IMG/VR virus record: IMGVR_UViG_3300027963_000003
Reading direction: 5' to 3' (one strand)
DNA: 64,000 nt
Origin: an uncultured virus (IMG/VR IMGVR_UViG_3300027963_000003)
Taxonomy: Duplodnaviria; Heunggongvirae; Uroviricota; Caudoviricetes
A program made the position numbers and the translations under genes. Of the stretch, positions 53,054 through 63,474 are shown piece after piece. Below the pieces are notes generated by a model. It did not search any database. It was not told the DNA's origin and was given only the letters and a program-made list of their open reading frames with translations. Position 1 is the stretch's first letter; each line of letters opens with the position of its first letter.

Positions 53054-55287
53054 TATCTGCGTCCGTCTGGTCTTATATCAATACGTGGATAACCCATTTG
53101 CCAAGCAACACCTAACCCAGTAGATTCAATTCTAAATGCCATCTGCCTACCTCTAATCCGAGTATAGACCTGCCCAGTAAATTGTTGCACCGCATAAGTT
53201 TTTTGAGCTGTGTAGTTTTGTGTGCTTGCTACTCCAGGAGCATTAGGCGTTCCATAAGCTGTTCCTGCGTTAACACGAGGCAATACCACCATAGTAACTT
53301 CTGGTAAATTTGCACTAGAACCGTTAAAAGTCAAGTCTGGTAATATGCGCCAGACAAACCCAAAGTTATATCCATCACCAATATCAAAATCAGAGGACTG
53401 TATATACGACACAATAGGCTCAGGGGTTAATCCTGATACATCATCAACACCATTTTCATGATAAAGAATTCGGTAATTAACAGTATCAGCGCCCATTGGA
53501 AATGTACGTAAACCTGAGTCTAACCACGCAGTGCGGCTCATAGTGCCATAAGCCCAGACATCATCTAGATAATCGTAAATAATGTAGCGATCAATAGTGT
53601 TGCTGTCAGCAGAACAATAAAACCACCAAATTTCGTTATACCCTTCAATAGAGCCAGCAAATACTTGGAAGTTTTGATTTTGATTAATATCTTGATAGAC
53701 GTATTGACGCAGTGCACATGGTAAAGTTTCTACACGTCCGTTATAACGATAAAATTTATCCGTACCCATCCAGTAAGTTACGTTATTAACCGTGATAGAC
53801 GCATTTGGTCCCATGATAGATATGTTGTCTTGTAATAATTGAAAACCCCAAATATAAGGAGGTCCAAGGTATTGCATGGAGTAAAGTGCAGCATCAGACC
53901 AAACCAATATCTCTTGACGGGTTGAACGTGCGCATACAATAAAAGAACCAATATTAAGGCGGTATTCACCAGACTGGTTTGTTATTGCTGGTACCCACTC
54001 ATACGGGTTTTCTTGATCTGACCAACGAACTAATAGCGGATCAAAAGCATTATTAGCATTTGCAGGGTCGTACGGATTAGCGCCAAAAGCTACAACAAAA
54101 CGTTGAATTGCTGAACCAATAATTTGGTTGGTGCTATTAGGTACAAACTGTCCTGAGTACCCCGCTGCGGTTGATTCTACTGATAACTGCTGTGCTCTAG
54201 TACCAAGCCCTCCAACAGCGCCACTTGGATATGTTTGACCTGTTGGTACCCAGTAATAAATTTCACCCCCACGAGGAGCAAGAACCAAGTCCTGACCAAA
54301 GTTGTCGTTAGTCCATAAGCGTAATTGCTGTGCAATACCAACGCTAGCTACCGCACCCCACCCACGAACTGGAGCTACAGGAGTATTAATAACCACAGTG
54401 CCACCAGAAGCTGCTGTAGAAGATGTTGTGTAAGTGTTAGAACCTATGACTGTAGATATAGTAAAAGTATTAGCCCCAGTATTAGTTATTGGAAATGCCT
54501 TTTGAAGTACAAGTCGGTTTATACCGCAAGCATTTGCAGAAATACTAGAAAAATACACATAATCACCAGTAGTTAAACCGTGCGCTGTTTTAGTAACCGT
54601 AAGAACAGAAACCCCTGCACTAGCGGCTGTAAACGGGTTAGTAAGGGTTGTATCAACGTAAGAAGGCCAAGTACCTGCACCCCATCCAGTACCCGAAATC
54701 TCAACATCCAAACCAGTATTAATTTGAAACGCAGCGGTAATAGCAGTGCCACCACCAGCAGCCACGGTAGAGGTAGCGGCGGTTGTTGTAGTAAACGTAA
54801 ATTGACTGGTAGATACGTATGTTATCTGTTGCTCAATATTTAATTCTGCGGCAGGAATACCACCAACCGCAGTAGAACCAGAAATAGTAACAAAATCGTT
54901 ATTTTCCCCACCATAACCAGAAAGCGTTACAGTAACAACATTAGAGCCATTTGTTGTAGAGAACATGTTGTTAGTACTAGGGCTTGTACTAGTTGTGTAA
55001 GTAGCTCTAAGAGGCGTTACGTCGTTATATTCACCGCCTTGCTCAATGTAATACTTAAGGTGAGTACCAACACCTAGTAAGTTAGCCCCAGCCAAAGTAC
55101 CCCAGTTCCAAAGAGCACGAGCTGTGCCTTGATATGTATCATTAGATAGACGAGTCCACCCACCGATTTTTTCTGCATTACCAGAACGAAACCGTACTTT
55201 ATCGCAGTCAAACCAACCACCTTCGTTAGTGTAGTTTGTACCCTCTTTGTTTATACCGGGTTTAAAGACTAGTTTTTGTAATGGCAT
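53053..55287 (-). CDS. Tail nozzle/stabilisation protein (tubular protein B / P22 gp10-like)
   Basis: 744 aa beta-propeller-like; VRWSDQEN, EIWWFY, C-terminal RIRGRQ...RIDIRPDGRR. Confidence 0.65.
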   Translation of the reverse strand: MPLQKLVFKPGINKEGTNYTNEGGWFDCDKVRFRSGNAEKIGGWTRLSNDTYQGTARALWNWGTLAGANLLGVGTHLKYYIEQGGEYNDVTPLRATYTTSTSPSTNNMFSTTNGSNVVTVTLSGYGGENNDFVTISGSTAVGGIPAAELNIEQQITYVSTSQFTFTTTTAATSTVAAGGGTAITAAFQINTGLDVEISGTGWGAGTWPSYVDTTLTNPFTAASAGVSVLTVTKTAHGLTTGDYVYFSSISANACGINRLVLQKAFPITNTGANTFTISTVIGSNTYTTSSTAASGGTVVINTPVAPVRGWGAVASVGIAQQLRLWTNDNFGQDLVLAPRGGEIYYWVPTGQTYPSGAVGGLGTRAQQLSVESTAAGYSGQFVPNSTNQIIGSAIQRFVVAFGANPYDPANANNAFDPLLVRWSDQENPYEWVPAITNQSGEYRLNIGSFIVCARSTRQEILVWSDAALYSMQYLGPPYIWGFQLLQDNISIMGPNASITVNNVTYWMGTDKFYRYNGRVETLPCALRQYVYQDINQNQNFQVFAGSIEGYNEIWWFYCSADSNTIDRYIIYDYLDDVWAYGTMSRTAWLDSGLRTFPMGADTVNYRILYHENGVDDVSGLTPEPIVSYIQSSDFDIGDGYNFGFVWRILPDLTFNGSSANLPEVTMVVLPRVNAGTAYGTPNAPGVASTQNYTAQKTYAVQQFTGQVYTRIRGRQMAFRIESTGLGVAWQMGYPRIDIRPDGRR

Positions 55288-55293
55288 ACTGGT

Positions 55294-55884
55294 TTACCCT
55301 AATGCTTGCGCTGCTTTGGTTGTTTTAGCAATTCTATCATCTAGCCCCAAGGTGCCGCCATTAATACGTTTTGTAATCATGCCGTGCTCTTGTTGGTCAG
55401 CCAATTCGTTTAGTCCTTTTTTGTTCCAGAACCATCCTGCCGACATAGCTGCATATCGTGGATCTAACAGTAAAGTAGGGTCAGATAAAAGGTCAACGCC
55501 AATAGCCACTCCGCATCGTTCATAGTTTTCTTTGCCTGTTAACTGGATAAGCCCCCTGCCCAAATACTTAGCAGCCTCTTCCTCGCTAGTATTGCCTAAG
55601 CGTCCGTTATATACTTTACCAGCAATCTTAGCTGGCTGCCGTGCGTATTGATTGGCATATTCTAAAGTTGGGAACCTAGAAGGCCAGGTTTTCATAAGCC
55701 CCTCGGCGCTGTAGTTAAGGTTTTCCTGCAGAGTTTTAAAGTTACCAGACTCGTGAGCACACTGCCCCAAAAACGCAGCTTGACGTCTAGGGCTATTAAT
55801 ATCGTACTTATCAAAGGTAGCCTGTAAAGGTTCTTTCCATTTGAGGTCAATACCAAGGACGGTTAGGGCATTACTTAGACTCAT
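55294..55884 (-). CDS. Glycoside hydrolase family 19 endolysin
   Basis: AAFLGQCAHES, ENLNYS, GRGLIQLTG..NY, SAGWFW, TKRINGG..GL.DR. Confidence 0.9.
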   Translation of the reverse strand: MSLSNALTVLGIDLKWKEPLQATFDKYDINSPRRQAAFLGQCAHESGNFKTLQENLNYSAEGLMKTWPSRFPTLEYANQYARQPAKIAGKVYNGRLGNTSEEEAAKYLGRGLIQLTGKENYERCGVAIGVDLLSDPTLLLDPRYAAMSAGWFWNKKGLNELADQQEHGMITKRINGGTLGLDDRIAKTTKAAQALG

Positions 55885-56281
55885 CTTTACCCCTCTTCAT
55901 ATCCATAATTTTCTCAAGGGTACGCCCGCCAAAATAAAATGACATAATCAGCATACCCCACTGCCCAAGCAACTCTACATAGTTGTTGTTTACCTCTATA
56001 TCCCACGCCGACATCATTGCAAAAGTGGAATAGACAACCAATATAAATACAAGGGTAGCTGGGCGGATGTTCTTAGATAGCGTAGAGTCGGAAGCCATAT
56101 CTGCTTCTTGACGCTTAGTAAGTTCTTGGGCCTCTACGCTATCTGCTTGCAACTCAGCCATCCTGCCTTGTTGTTGTATTTCTAGCAACTTAGCTTGTGC
56201 TTCAGCTTTAGCGGCTGGATCAGGTATAACTTTGTCTAGGATTTTCATCCCTACACTAATGATGTCATCTACTCCAAACAT
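55871..56281 (-). CDS. Putative holin (3TM/GTA holin-like)
   Basis: LSKNIRP + TM helices + FYFGGRTLEK; adjacent to the endolysin. Confidence 0.7.
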   Translation of the reverse strand: MFGVDDIISVGMKILDKVIPDPAAKAEAQAKLLEIQQQGRMAELQADSVEAQELTKRQEADMASDSTLSKNIRPATLVFILVVYSTFAMMSAWDIEVNNNYVELLGQWGMLIMSFYFGGRTLEKIMDMKRGKDESK

Positions 56282-56282
56282 A

Positions 56283-56729
56283 TTATCTCCATATACCCCA
56301 AGTTAATTCATACGAAATCCAACCAGCAAATATATAACAAAGCAACATTACGCTTTTCATAACCCGCCTGTCATGCTGTTCTAAATACCTATCTTGTTTA
56401 TCTTCCCATTGCTTTCTAGCTTTAATACCTTGTATTTCTTCCCAAGCGTGACTGCCATACTTCTTGGTTATTTGTTCTTGAATCTTTGCTTCTGACTGCC
56501 GTGCTATTAAAAGTCTTTGCCACTCATCAACCGCTTCAATAATTGTCGTAGTATCAGGATTAACCTGTCTAGCTTTTTTTCTTGCTGCTGTTCTGTCTTT
56601 TGCTGCTTTGTCTGCTACTTCTAATACCCCGTCAATTGCTTTAGATAGTTCTTGACTAGCCTTTACCGATTCATTAATTGAACTAGTAACGGATTTAACA
56701 CCATCGGTTATTCCAAACGGGTCTGACAT
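56283..56729 (-). CDS. Hypothetical protein with C-terminal TM helix
   Basis: 148 aa next to the lysis genes. Confidence 0.6.
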   Translation of the reverse strand: MSDPFGITDGVKSVTSSINESVKASQELSKAIDGVLEVADKAAKDRTAARKKARQVNPDTTTIIEAVDEWQRLLIARQSEAKIQEQITKKYGSHAWEEIQGIKARKQWEDKQDRYLEQHDRRVMKSVMLLCYIFAGWISYELTWGIWR

Positions 56730-56749
56730 ATCTCACTGTTTGCACCTTA

Positions 56750-57841
56750 TTAAGTCTTAATAATGAAATTAATACCAAGGTATGGTGAAATTGTAGTTGC
56801 TGCAGTGCCAGAACCAGCTGACGCATTAGTAATAGTAACGCCAGTAGTAGCTGTGCTTGTTACGCTATTTACAAGAACGGCGGCACCGCCTGTGCCAACC
56901 CAGTTAATATTTGCTCCAGTTGTACTGGTGGCATTGTGGAAGTGTCCGGGGTCTGTAATAGTGTTATTGTGGGTATGGGCTGGCAAGTTAGCCGTAATTA
57001 GTGTTGTAGTTGCAGAACCGCCCGTAGATCCAACAGTTGTTCCGTATGGCATACGATTTGTGTAGTCAGGCAAATTAAACGTAGTAGAGCCATCACCAAC
57101 CCCAAAGGTCGTACCAATCACCGCAAAAAGTGCGGCGTATGTAGTTCTATTCACCGCAGCGCCAGCACAAAGTAGCCATCCAGAAGGAGCAGTTCCTGTA
57201 CCCCACATAATCAAACCGCCTGTAGGAGCGCCGTTAGATAACACAAAAGCTGTAGTTGCTATTTGAGTTGTATTAGTCCCTGCAGTAGCTGTCGGCGCTA
57301 GTGGGGTTCCTGTAAACGTTGGAGATACCGAAGAGATTGCACCTGAAAAAGCTGCCGTAGTAGCCGTTAAAGCGCCTGTTAAAGCGGTTGTGCCTGTTAC
57401 CGATAAATTGCCGTTAACTGCAAAGTTGCCTACAGAACCGCTAATAGCGTTGTAGAAGTTAATGCCGTCACAATATACGTACGCTGCAATGCCATTAGGG
57501 ATTGTTACACCCAGTCCACTAGAACCAATAATCTGTATAGCATAGCCACCTGTAGTGTTGTTTTGAACAACATATGTTTTTTCAACCAACGGGGCAATTA
57601 AATTGCGCACTGCAGTATTTGTGCCGTTAACCATCAAAACTTGATTTCTAGCCTCATCAACCACACCGTTGAAGTTAGACATGGTGTAGGTAGCGTCAAG
57701 CATGGTAATGGTAACAACCCCAGAAACCGCCTGTTCTATTAATCCGCCTAGGTTATTGTTGGTAGTTTGGCCCCAAATACCAGATTGGTCTCCGTCCCCA
57801 ATAAGTTCAAGCCGTAGCGATGGTGAGTAAGTAGATGCCAT
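56750..57841 (-). CDS. Tail fibre protein with tail collar domain
   Basis: G.QSGIWGQTTN.N N-terminus; APSGWLLC.G.AVNRTTYAALFAVIGTTFG.GDGSTTFNLPD. Confidence 0.8.
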   Translation of the reverse strand: MASTYSPSLRLELIGDGDQSGIWGQTTNNNLGGLIEQAVSGVVTITMLDATYTMSNFNGVVDEARNQVLMVNGTNTAVRNLIAPLVEKTYVVQNNTTGGYAIQIIGSSGLGVTIPNGIAAYVYCDGINFYNAISGSVGNFAVNGNLSVTGTTALTGALTATTAAFSGAISSVSPTFTGTPLAPTATAGTNTTQIATTAFVLSNGAPTGGLIMWGTGTAPSGWLLCAGAAVNRTTYAALFAVIGTTFGVGDGSTTFNLPDYTNRMPYGTTVGSTGGSATTTLITANLPAHTHNNTITDPGHFHNATSTTGANINWVGTGGAAVLVNSVTSTATTGVTITNASAGSGTAATTISPYLGINFIIKT

Positions 57842-57849
57842 AATTTTCC

Positions 57850-58332
57850 TTATTGAATATTATTAATTTGAGTCCAAACAACCGTTGCAGAATTGTCTAT
57901 TTGAGTCCATCCGCTGCCTTGAACGTTGTTAACAGCAACCCACGTTACTATTTGACTATCATCAATTTTAAACCATCCAGTAGTAATTTGGGCGTTTGCA
58001 ACAGTAATTGACTCGGAAACATCCCCATAAGCCGTTCTTAAAGCGCTTATAGAATCCGCCAAAGTAATGGATTCAGAGATTGAACTAACAAAACTTGCTA
58101 TTGCAGAAGAACTATCAGCTACAGTAATGACTTCTGTAATTGAAGAACTAAAAGCAGCAATAACTGATTCAATATCAGATATTGCAATAATTGCTTCTGA
58201 TATAGCGGCATTTTGAACACGAATTCCTTCTTGATTGTCAGCTAAAGTTAAAGCCTCTAAAATATTAACAGCGTAATAGCTCCCGCCTAATCCAGCAAAA
58301 GTAGGTTGAGCAAAAGCTGCATAGCCAAACAT
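57850..58332 (-). CDS. Virion protein with ISE.IT.AD repeats
   Basis: MFGYAAFAQPTFA N-terminus; W..I C-terminal repeats. Confidence 0.6.
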   Translation of the reverse strand: MFGYAAFAQPTFAGLGGSYYAVNILEALTLADNQEGIRVQNAAISEAIIAISDIESVIAAFSSSITEVITVADSSSAIASFVSSISESITLADSISALRTAYGDVSESITVANAQITTGWFKIDDSQIVTWVAVNNVQGSGWTQIDNSATVVWTQINNIQ

Positions 58333-58601
58333 TATCTAATTCCTACCAACGCTTTTACTTCATCTTGGGTTAAACCAAGCGCAGTTAGTTTAGCTATTGC
58401 AGAAGCCTTTGCGTTTATTTGTGCTTGATTTTCTGAATCAGCAATAGACTGTAATCTAGTTATTTCAGCTTCCACTTGTTCTTTGCTTGGTTTTGCATTA
58501 ACGTTATCTTGCCAATCAATATTTTCATATAGCTCGGCCCCAACACATACCCAAGAAGCATTTAGGCTTAGATTTCTAATTGCATTAACAAATATACTCA
58601 T
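58332..58601 (-). CDS. Tail fibre-associated small protein
   Basis: KPSKEQVEAEI..LQ...SAIAKLTALGLT.DEV.AL. Confidence 0.6.
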   Translation of the reverse strand: MSIFVNAIRNLSLNASWVCVGAELYENIDWQDNVNAKPSKEQVEAEITRLQSIADSENQAQINAKASAIAKLTALGLTQDEVKALVGIR

Positions 58602-59179
58602 GCTGCAATCTCCAAAAATTGAATTGTAGTTGTACCATAGCCCGATGATGCGCCTACTGCAGGTTGATTTACATAGTATGCAGTTGTTCCGTTTGCTTTT
58701 ATTCCATAAGTAATAGCGCTTGTTGTACCTGGGCTATCTAAATAAATAACTGTAAACGGATACAGTGCGTATGAGCCAGCAGAAGCTATAAATTCATCTG
58801 AAGAATAGTAACCGGCCCCACCACCATAAGTGCCACCGGCATCTTGAACTGATGTTCCATTTCTTATGATTTGAATACCGCCATTTGGATTCCAAGCCCC
58901 CATTGCAATAGAGACAATTAATAACACCTTACTTGTTGCGCTGGTTGGAGTAAATGTGGTTGAAAAAATTGTTGCAGTTCCACTACCAGAATATTGAGTT
59001 GTATTTACGTATTGAGTTACTTGCAATACACTACCTGCTGGTAATCTAGCGGCTGGAACTGTTCCGCTAGTTAAATTTGTAGCATTTAAAGAACTAGAAG
59101 AAGTTAACCCAGCAGTAGATTGAGTGGTTGAGTCGCTAAATGTTATAGATGGGCTTGAGCCGTTAATGACTGTGGTCAT
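58598..59179 (-). CDS. Short tail fibre/receptor-binding-like protein
   Basis: LPAGSVLQV...TPTSATSKVL...LDSPGTTSAITY...LEIAA. Confidence 0.65.
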   Translation of the reverse strand: MTTVINGSSPSITFSDSTTQSTAGLTSSSSLNATNLTSGTVPAARLPAGSVLQVTQYVNTTQYSGSGTATIFSTTFTPTSATSKVLLIVSIAMGAWNPNGGIQIIRNGTSVQDAGGTYGGGAGYYSSDEFIASAGSYALYPFTVIYLDSPGTTSAITYGIKANGTTAYYVNQPAVGASSGYGTTTIQFLEIAA

Positions 59180-59682
59180 GCTTGTTCTCCTTCTTGTGCT
59201 ACGGGTTCTACATAATTAGGGTCCCTAGCCCATTGCACAGATGGTAGCGCAGCTAGTTGGTCAATTGTTGTGCAAGCATTAACAGAGGCAACATAGTTTT
59301 GAGCTTGAGTACGAATGGTTTGCCGCCAAGTATTCCACGCATCCGGTACTGTTGTATTTGTTTCAGTGGCTTTAACTACCATCCAATCAGTAGGTAAAAG
59401 AATGGAATAAGCCGCTGCATTAGTTTGATTTACTACATTAGCTTTGCATGGATCAAGGTCTTTTGGGGTATTGGTATAGGTTAAAGAAGCGCCATTTAAT
59501 GTTTGACTAACCCAATAATAAGTGTCGTTTGCTGGTTGATTAGTCGCAATAACTTCCTCTAACCCAATAGCTGCCTTTTCTTCTGGAGTGGATAAATTTA
59601 ACCAGTTAGCAGGGTATTGATTGCCATTAATTTCAAAAGCATTGCCTTCTTGAATGTATTGGTTCGGTGCTTTATAAAACAT
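59176..59682 (-). CDS. Tail fibre assembly chaperone-like protein
   Basis: YPANWL...L.PTDWMVV...WRQTIRT motif. Confidence 0.6.
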   Translation of the reverse strand: MFYKAPNQYIQEGNAFEINGNQYPANWLNLSTPEEKAAIGLEEVIATNQPANDTYYWVSQTLNGASLTYTNTPKDLDPCKANVVNQTNAAAYSILLPTDWMVVKATETNTTVPDAWNTWRQTIRTQAQNYVASVNACTTIDQLAALPSVQWARDPNYVEPVAQEGEQA

Positions 59683-59684
59683 AA

Positions 59685-62600
59685 TTACCTCGCTAAAGCG
59701 TTCTTAAAAGGGTTTTCGGCAAATGCCATATAAATGTATGTGTTACCACTTCCGTTTGTGCCAGCACTACTCCTACGAATTTTGTATCCATTGGAAAGAA
59801 TATCAATCATAGGGCTTAATACTGCTTCAGCATCAGAAACATCAGGTTCTAATACATTAACTGCCATATTATAGGTATCTCTTGATGTATCTAAAAGAAC
59901 CCAATTACCTGTTGTTCCGCTTGATGCTTTAAACATTACAAATTTAGGTCTAAATCCTGTATAAATAAATGGACCATCTGTAGAACCATTACCTGTATAG
60001 CTACCAAAAGCAGAGTAGCCAGCAATAGGTGTCCAGCAGTAGGCTACATAAGTACCAGCACTAGCATTTAAATCACTATCAGTTCCAATACTAAATACAG
60101 TTGATGTCGGTAAAGTAGTGGTAAATCTAGCTGCTGAATTTGCTTGTGCGGCAGTTGATTGCAAAGCCAATATATAGCCAGCAGCTAAAGTTATGAAATA
60201 TACAGACCATCCTGAACTGCCAGCATCTCTGCGTTTTACAATAATCATACTAGGCGCAACCCCCAACCCGTGTCCTACAGTAGCATTGCTTCCTGTGCCT
60301 GTATAAGTAACAACACTAAACCCAGCGGGTTTGCTAACACTTACTGTTGATGTAATAGAACCGTCTGTATTAGATGATGACGAACCTTGACCAGCTTGCC
60401 ATTGCCATCCTACATAATTGTTGCCAGTTGCATTTGATAAATTCCAGTTGCTATTAGAAGAAGCAAGCGTAAATCCATTGCTATTTATTGCTGATACCAT
60501 TCCATAGTTGCCTGGGGAATAATAATTTTCAGCAACAGTTCCATTTGAAATTAACTCATAATAATATGAGCCATTACTTCCTCTATTTGAATCAAAAAGA
60601 ATATTGTCATTAGCACCAGTTCTATTTTTAACCCAAATAAAATCAGGCTTAAATCCAGCAGTATTTGTTACAGATTGAGTTGCACTTGTTCCAGCATAAG
60701 TAGTAGCATCCATTACTGTATTGCCTTTAACAACTGTGCTGTTAGGTAAGTTGTAAGTATTGAGCGCTACAAAGCCTGTTGGTGGAGTGTAAGCAAATCC
60801 TTGCTGACCAAAGTTAATATCACCACCACTAGCATTTACTGAACCGCACATTGGGAAGAATGTTAATGAAGTTGAAATGCTTGAAGCGGCTGGACTTGTT
60901 TGGGTAGCTGGGTTGCTAGAGTTAAACCAAGTTCCGTTTTTACCAAAATAAATAGCACTATTGTCCCTATCAAAAGCAACCATTAACACATCACCTGACG
61001 AAAGCGAACTTCCATAACTTGATGATGTATTGTTGGCATATAAAGTGCCATTACCCATAAATTGATAAATATTAGCCCAAGAGCTAGGAGCATAGTCTAA
61101 ACTGAGGGATGTTCCTGAGTTTCCAATTCCATTAGTGGAAAATGAATTTGTGCCAGTATTAAATACAAATTCCCAATACCATTTTCCTGTTGTTGGGAAA
61201 GCAACAGTACTGCGTACCTGACCCCAACTACCGCTACTATCAGCTTGCACATGAAGATTGGCATTGCTTAAAGCAATCAAAGACCTTTGGTCTAAAGGAT
61301 TCAATACGCAATAGTTAGCCGTAGTTGGATTTGTCAATGTAGGTACATCAGTCATTGAATCGTAAGTTACGCTTGAACCATAACCAACAATAATTACACC
61401 TGAACCGCCTGCACCGCCAATAGCACTTAAAGGAGAGCCACCGCCACCGCCACCAGTATTTGGAGTTCCAGCAGTACCATTTCCTGTAGAACCACCTCCA
61501 CCGCCACCGCCAGAACCACCAGCACCAGCAGGGTTTGATGGGCTAAATGTACCACCACCACCGCCACCGCCATAAGTAGAACCGTTAATCCATGTTAAAC
61601 CTGCACCACCAGCACCAGATGTTGTAGAGTTTGCCGCATTGTTACCAACGGCACTTGCACCGCCACCGCCACCTGAAGGGTATGGACTAGCAATAAATCC
61701 AGCATTACCACCACCAGCAAAACCTTGCCCTGATGTTCCAGCACCGCCTGCTGTAGTTCCGCTTCCTGAACCTGCACCACCACTTCCCGAACCACCAGTA
61801 TTACCGTTATTTCCAGCAGAAGTTCCAGCACCACCACCTATTGCGGTTAAAGCACCAAATGTTGTATCTGTTCCATTAGTGGCGTTAATACTACTTCCAT
61901 AGTTACCGCCAGTACCACCAGCACCTACAGAGTAGGCAATAGTTTGACCAGGTGTTACAGCCATAGTTCCAAATAACAAACCACCAGCACCGCCACCGCC
62001 TGAATAACCGCCACCACCGCCAGCTACTACAAGGTAGCTAAGTGATGTAACTCCAGCAGGTACTGTGTAATTGCCTGAACCTGAAGTTAATGATGAATAT
62101 GTACCAGTAGCTAAAGAAATGTTATTGGTAGTCCAATAGTTACCATTTCCGCTAAAGTCTCTACCAATACCTGTATTACCAGTTATTGAACTAGTAGTAG
62201 TTGAATTGTCTATAAATGGCAAATAAAAACCATTAGCGCCATAAGTACCTGTGTATTTAGCTGGTTGCCATACACCAGTTGCAGCGTTTGTAGAACCAAA
62301 TGAAGATGGGGTAAGGGCTAGACCATCAATGAAGTTTAATTCAGCTTGATACATATCAATGTATGCTTGACCACTACTATTACCTGAACGACCTATATAA
62401 CTAACATTTCCAGAAGCATTCCATCTAGCAACTGAATTTTGAGTACCCGGAGTTTGAGTAGAAAACGATGTTACTTGAACCCCATTAATGTATAGTTTTT
62501 GTCTGTTTGTAGATGTAGTTTGTGTTGTGTCAAAAACATAAACAATATTATACCAAGCCGCTGGATCACGGAATACTTGAGTTGTAGTAAGCCAGTTTGT

Positions 62601-62870
62601 TCCACCGCCTGAAGGTCTGTCAAAAATTTGTAATACATCAGTTGCATCAAAGCCAAAATAAAAATAATCTGTGGCTGAATTAAATACTCCAAATAATACT
62701 TGTTCAGTTCCTAACTGACCACGCTTTACCCAAGTTGAAATTGTCCATGTAGTTGCACTTGTTGGGGTTCCAAAAGTCCTATTTAAATAAGCAGAAGCAC
62801 TACTTCTAAACCTTAAAGATTTAGTTAAGTTATAGCCACTAGTAGCACTTCCAGCCATTGCTAAGGACAT
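59685..62870 (-). CDS. Large fibre/adhesin: ConA/LamG-like, glycine-rich, SPRY-like and C-terminal repeat domains
   Basis: WTISTWVKRG (LamG); AGGGGG tracts; GKWYWEF (SPRY); FKPDFIWVKNR, HGLGVAPSMIIVKRR, GFRPKFVM. Confidence 0.75.
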   Translation of the reverse strand: MSLAMAGSATSGYNLTKSLRFRSSASAYLNRTFGTPTSATTWTISTWVKRGQLGTEQVLFGVFNSATDYFYFGFDATDVLQIFDRPSGGGTNWLTTTQVFRDPAAWYNIVYVFDTTQTTSTNRQKLYINGVQVTSFSTQTPGTQNSVARWNASGNVSYIGRSGNSSGQAYIDMYQAELNFIDGLALTPSSFGSTNAATGVWQPAKYTGTYGANGFYLPFIDNSTTTSSITGNTGIGRDFSGNGNYWTTNNISLATGTYSSLTSGSGNYTVPAGVTSLSYLVVAGGGGGYSGGGGAGGLLFGTMAVTPGQTIAYSVGAGGTGGNYGSSINATNGTDTTFGALTAIGGGAGTSAGNNGNTGGSGSGGAGSGSGTTAGGAGTSGQGFAGGGNAGFIASPYPSGGGGGASAVGNNAANSTTSGAGGAGLTWINGSTYGGGGGGGTFSPSNPAGAGGSGGGGGGGSTGNGTAGTPNTGGGGGGSPLSAIGGAGGSGVIIVGYGSSVTYDSMTDVPTLTNPTTANYCVLNPLDQRSLIALSNANLHVQADSSGSWGQVRSTVAFPTTGKWYWEFVFNTGTNSFSTNGIGNSGTSLSLDYAPSSWANIYQFMGNGTLYANNTSSSYGSSLSSGDVLMVAFDRDNSAIYFGKNGTWFNSSNPATQTSPAASSISTSLTFFPMCGSVNASGGDINFGQQGFAYTPPTGFVALNTYNLPNSTVVKGNTVMDATTYAGTSATQSVTNTAGFKPDFIWVKNRTGANDNILFDSNRGSNGSYYYELISNGTVAENYYSPGNYGMVSAINSNGFTLASSNSNWNLSNATGNNYVGWQWQAGQGSSSSNTDGSITSTVSVSKPAGFSVVTYTGTGSNATVGHGLGVAPSMIIVKRRDAGSSGWSVYFITLAAGYILALQSTAAQANSAARFTTTLPTSTVFSIGTDSDLNASAGTYVAYCWTPIAGYSAFGSYTGNGSTDGPFIYTGFRPKFVMFKASSGTTGNWVLLDTSRDTYNMAVNVLEPDVSDAEAVLSPMIDILSNGYKIRRSSAGTNGSGNTYIYMAFAENPFKNALAR

Positions 62871-63304
62871 TAAGCATCTCCTAAAGCACGACCTTGTTCA
62901 TACAAATTAGTACCATCACTACGGAATACAAAGAAGTCTTTTGCACTAGCTGCAGTAGATAAAACGGGAGCTGCTCCGTTTGCCCACTTAAATATGCTAT
63001 TCCAAGTCAATGTATTAGATCCAGCATTCTGAATAACGCATAAAGAATAAAACCCTCCGTTAACCAAACCTGTAGGAGCGCCCATAGTGCGGTTAGATGA
63101 TACAAAAGTAAATGTAGCTACTTGACCAGTAGTTGTAGACCATGCAATTGTTGCTGCATCAGTTAATGTAATTGTAGGAGAATACCCCGTGCCAGTAAAT
63201 GAAGTTAAACCATTAGCTGGTACAAAAGAAAAAAGCCCACTAGTATCCCCACTCATATTAAGTGCGGTTGCGCTTGTAGTTCCAGCAGATATAGTAGATG
63301 CCAT
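62870..63304 (-). CDS. Tail fibre-like protein
   Basis: LTDAATIAW...W...FKWANG.APVLST.A...D.FVF.SDGTNLY. Confidence 0.6.
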   Translation of the reverse strand: MASTISAGTTSATALNMSGDTSGLFSFVPANGLTSFTGTGYSPTITLTDAATIAWSTTTGQVATFTFVSSNRTMGAPTGLVNGGFYSLCVIQNAGSNTLTWNSIFKWANGAAPVLSTAASAKDFFVFRSDGTNLYEQGRALGDA

Positions 63305-63465
63305 TATGTGTTTTCTTTAGGGTACTTGTTTTTGACAGCTTGAATCTTGGCAGTCATTTCAGCCGAGAATGCACCTTGCTTAAATAGGTCATCAAGCTGG
63401 TCACCAATAGATGGGTATTCTTGAGTTCTTAAAATTGAATAAGTGGGCTGTTGCTTGTTTTCCAT
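63304..63465 (-). CDS. Small fibre-chaperone-like protein (53 aa)
   Basis: Read manually: ...R..EYPSIGDQLDDLF...I.AVKNKYPK. Confidence 0.6.
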   Translation of the reverse strand: MENKQQPTYSILRTQEYPSIGDQLDDLFKQGAFSAEMTAKIQAVKNKYPKENT

Positions 63466-63474
63466 AATTATTCC

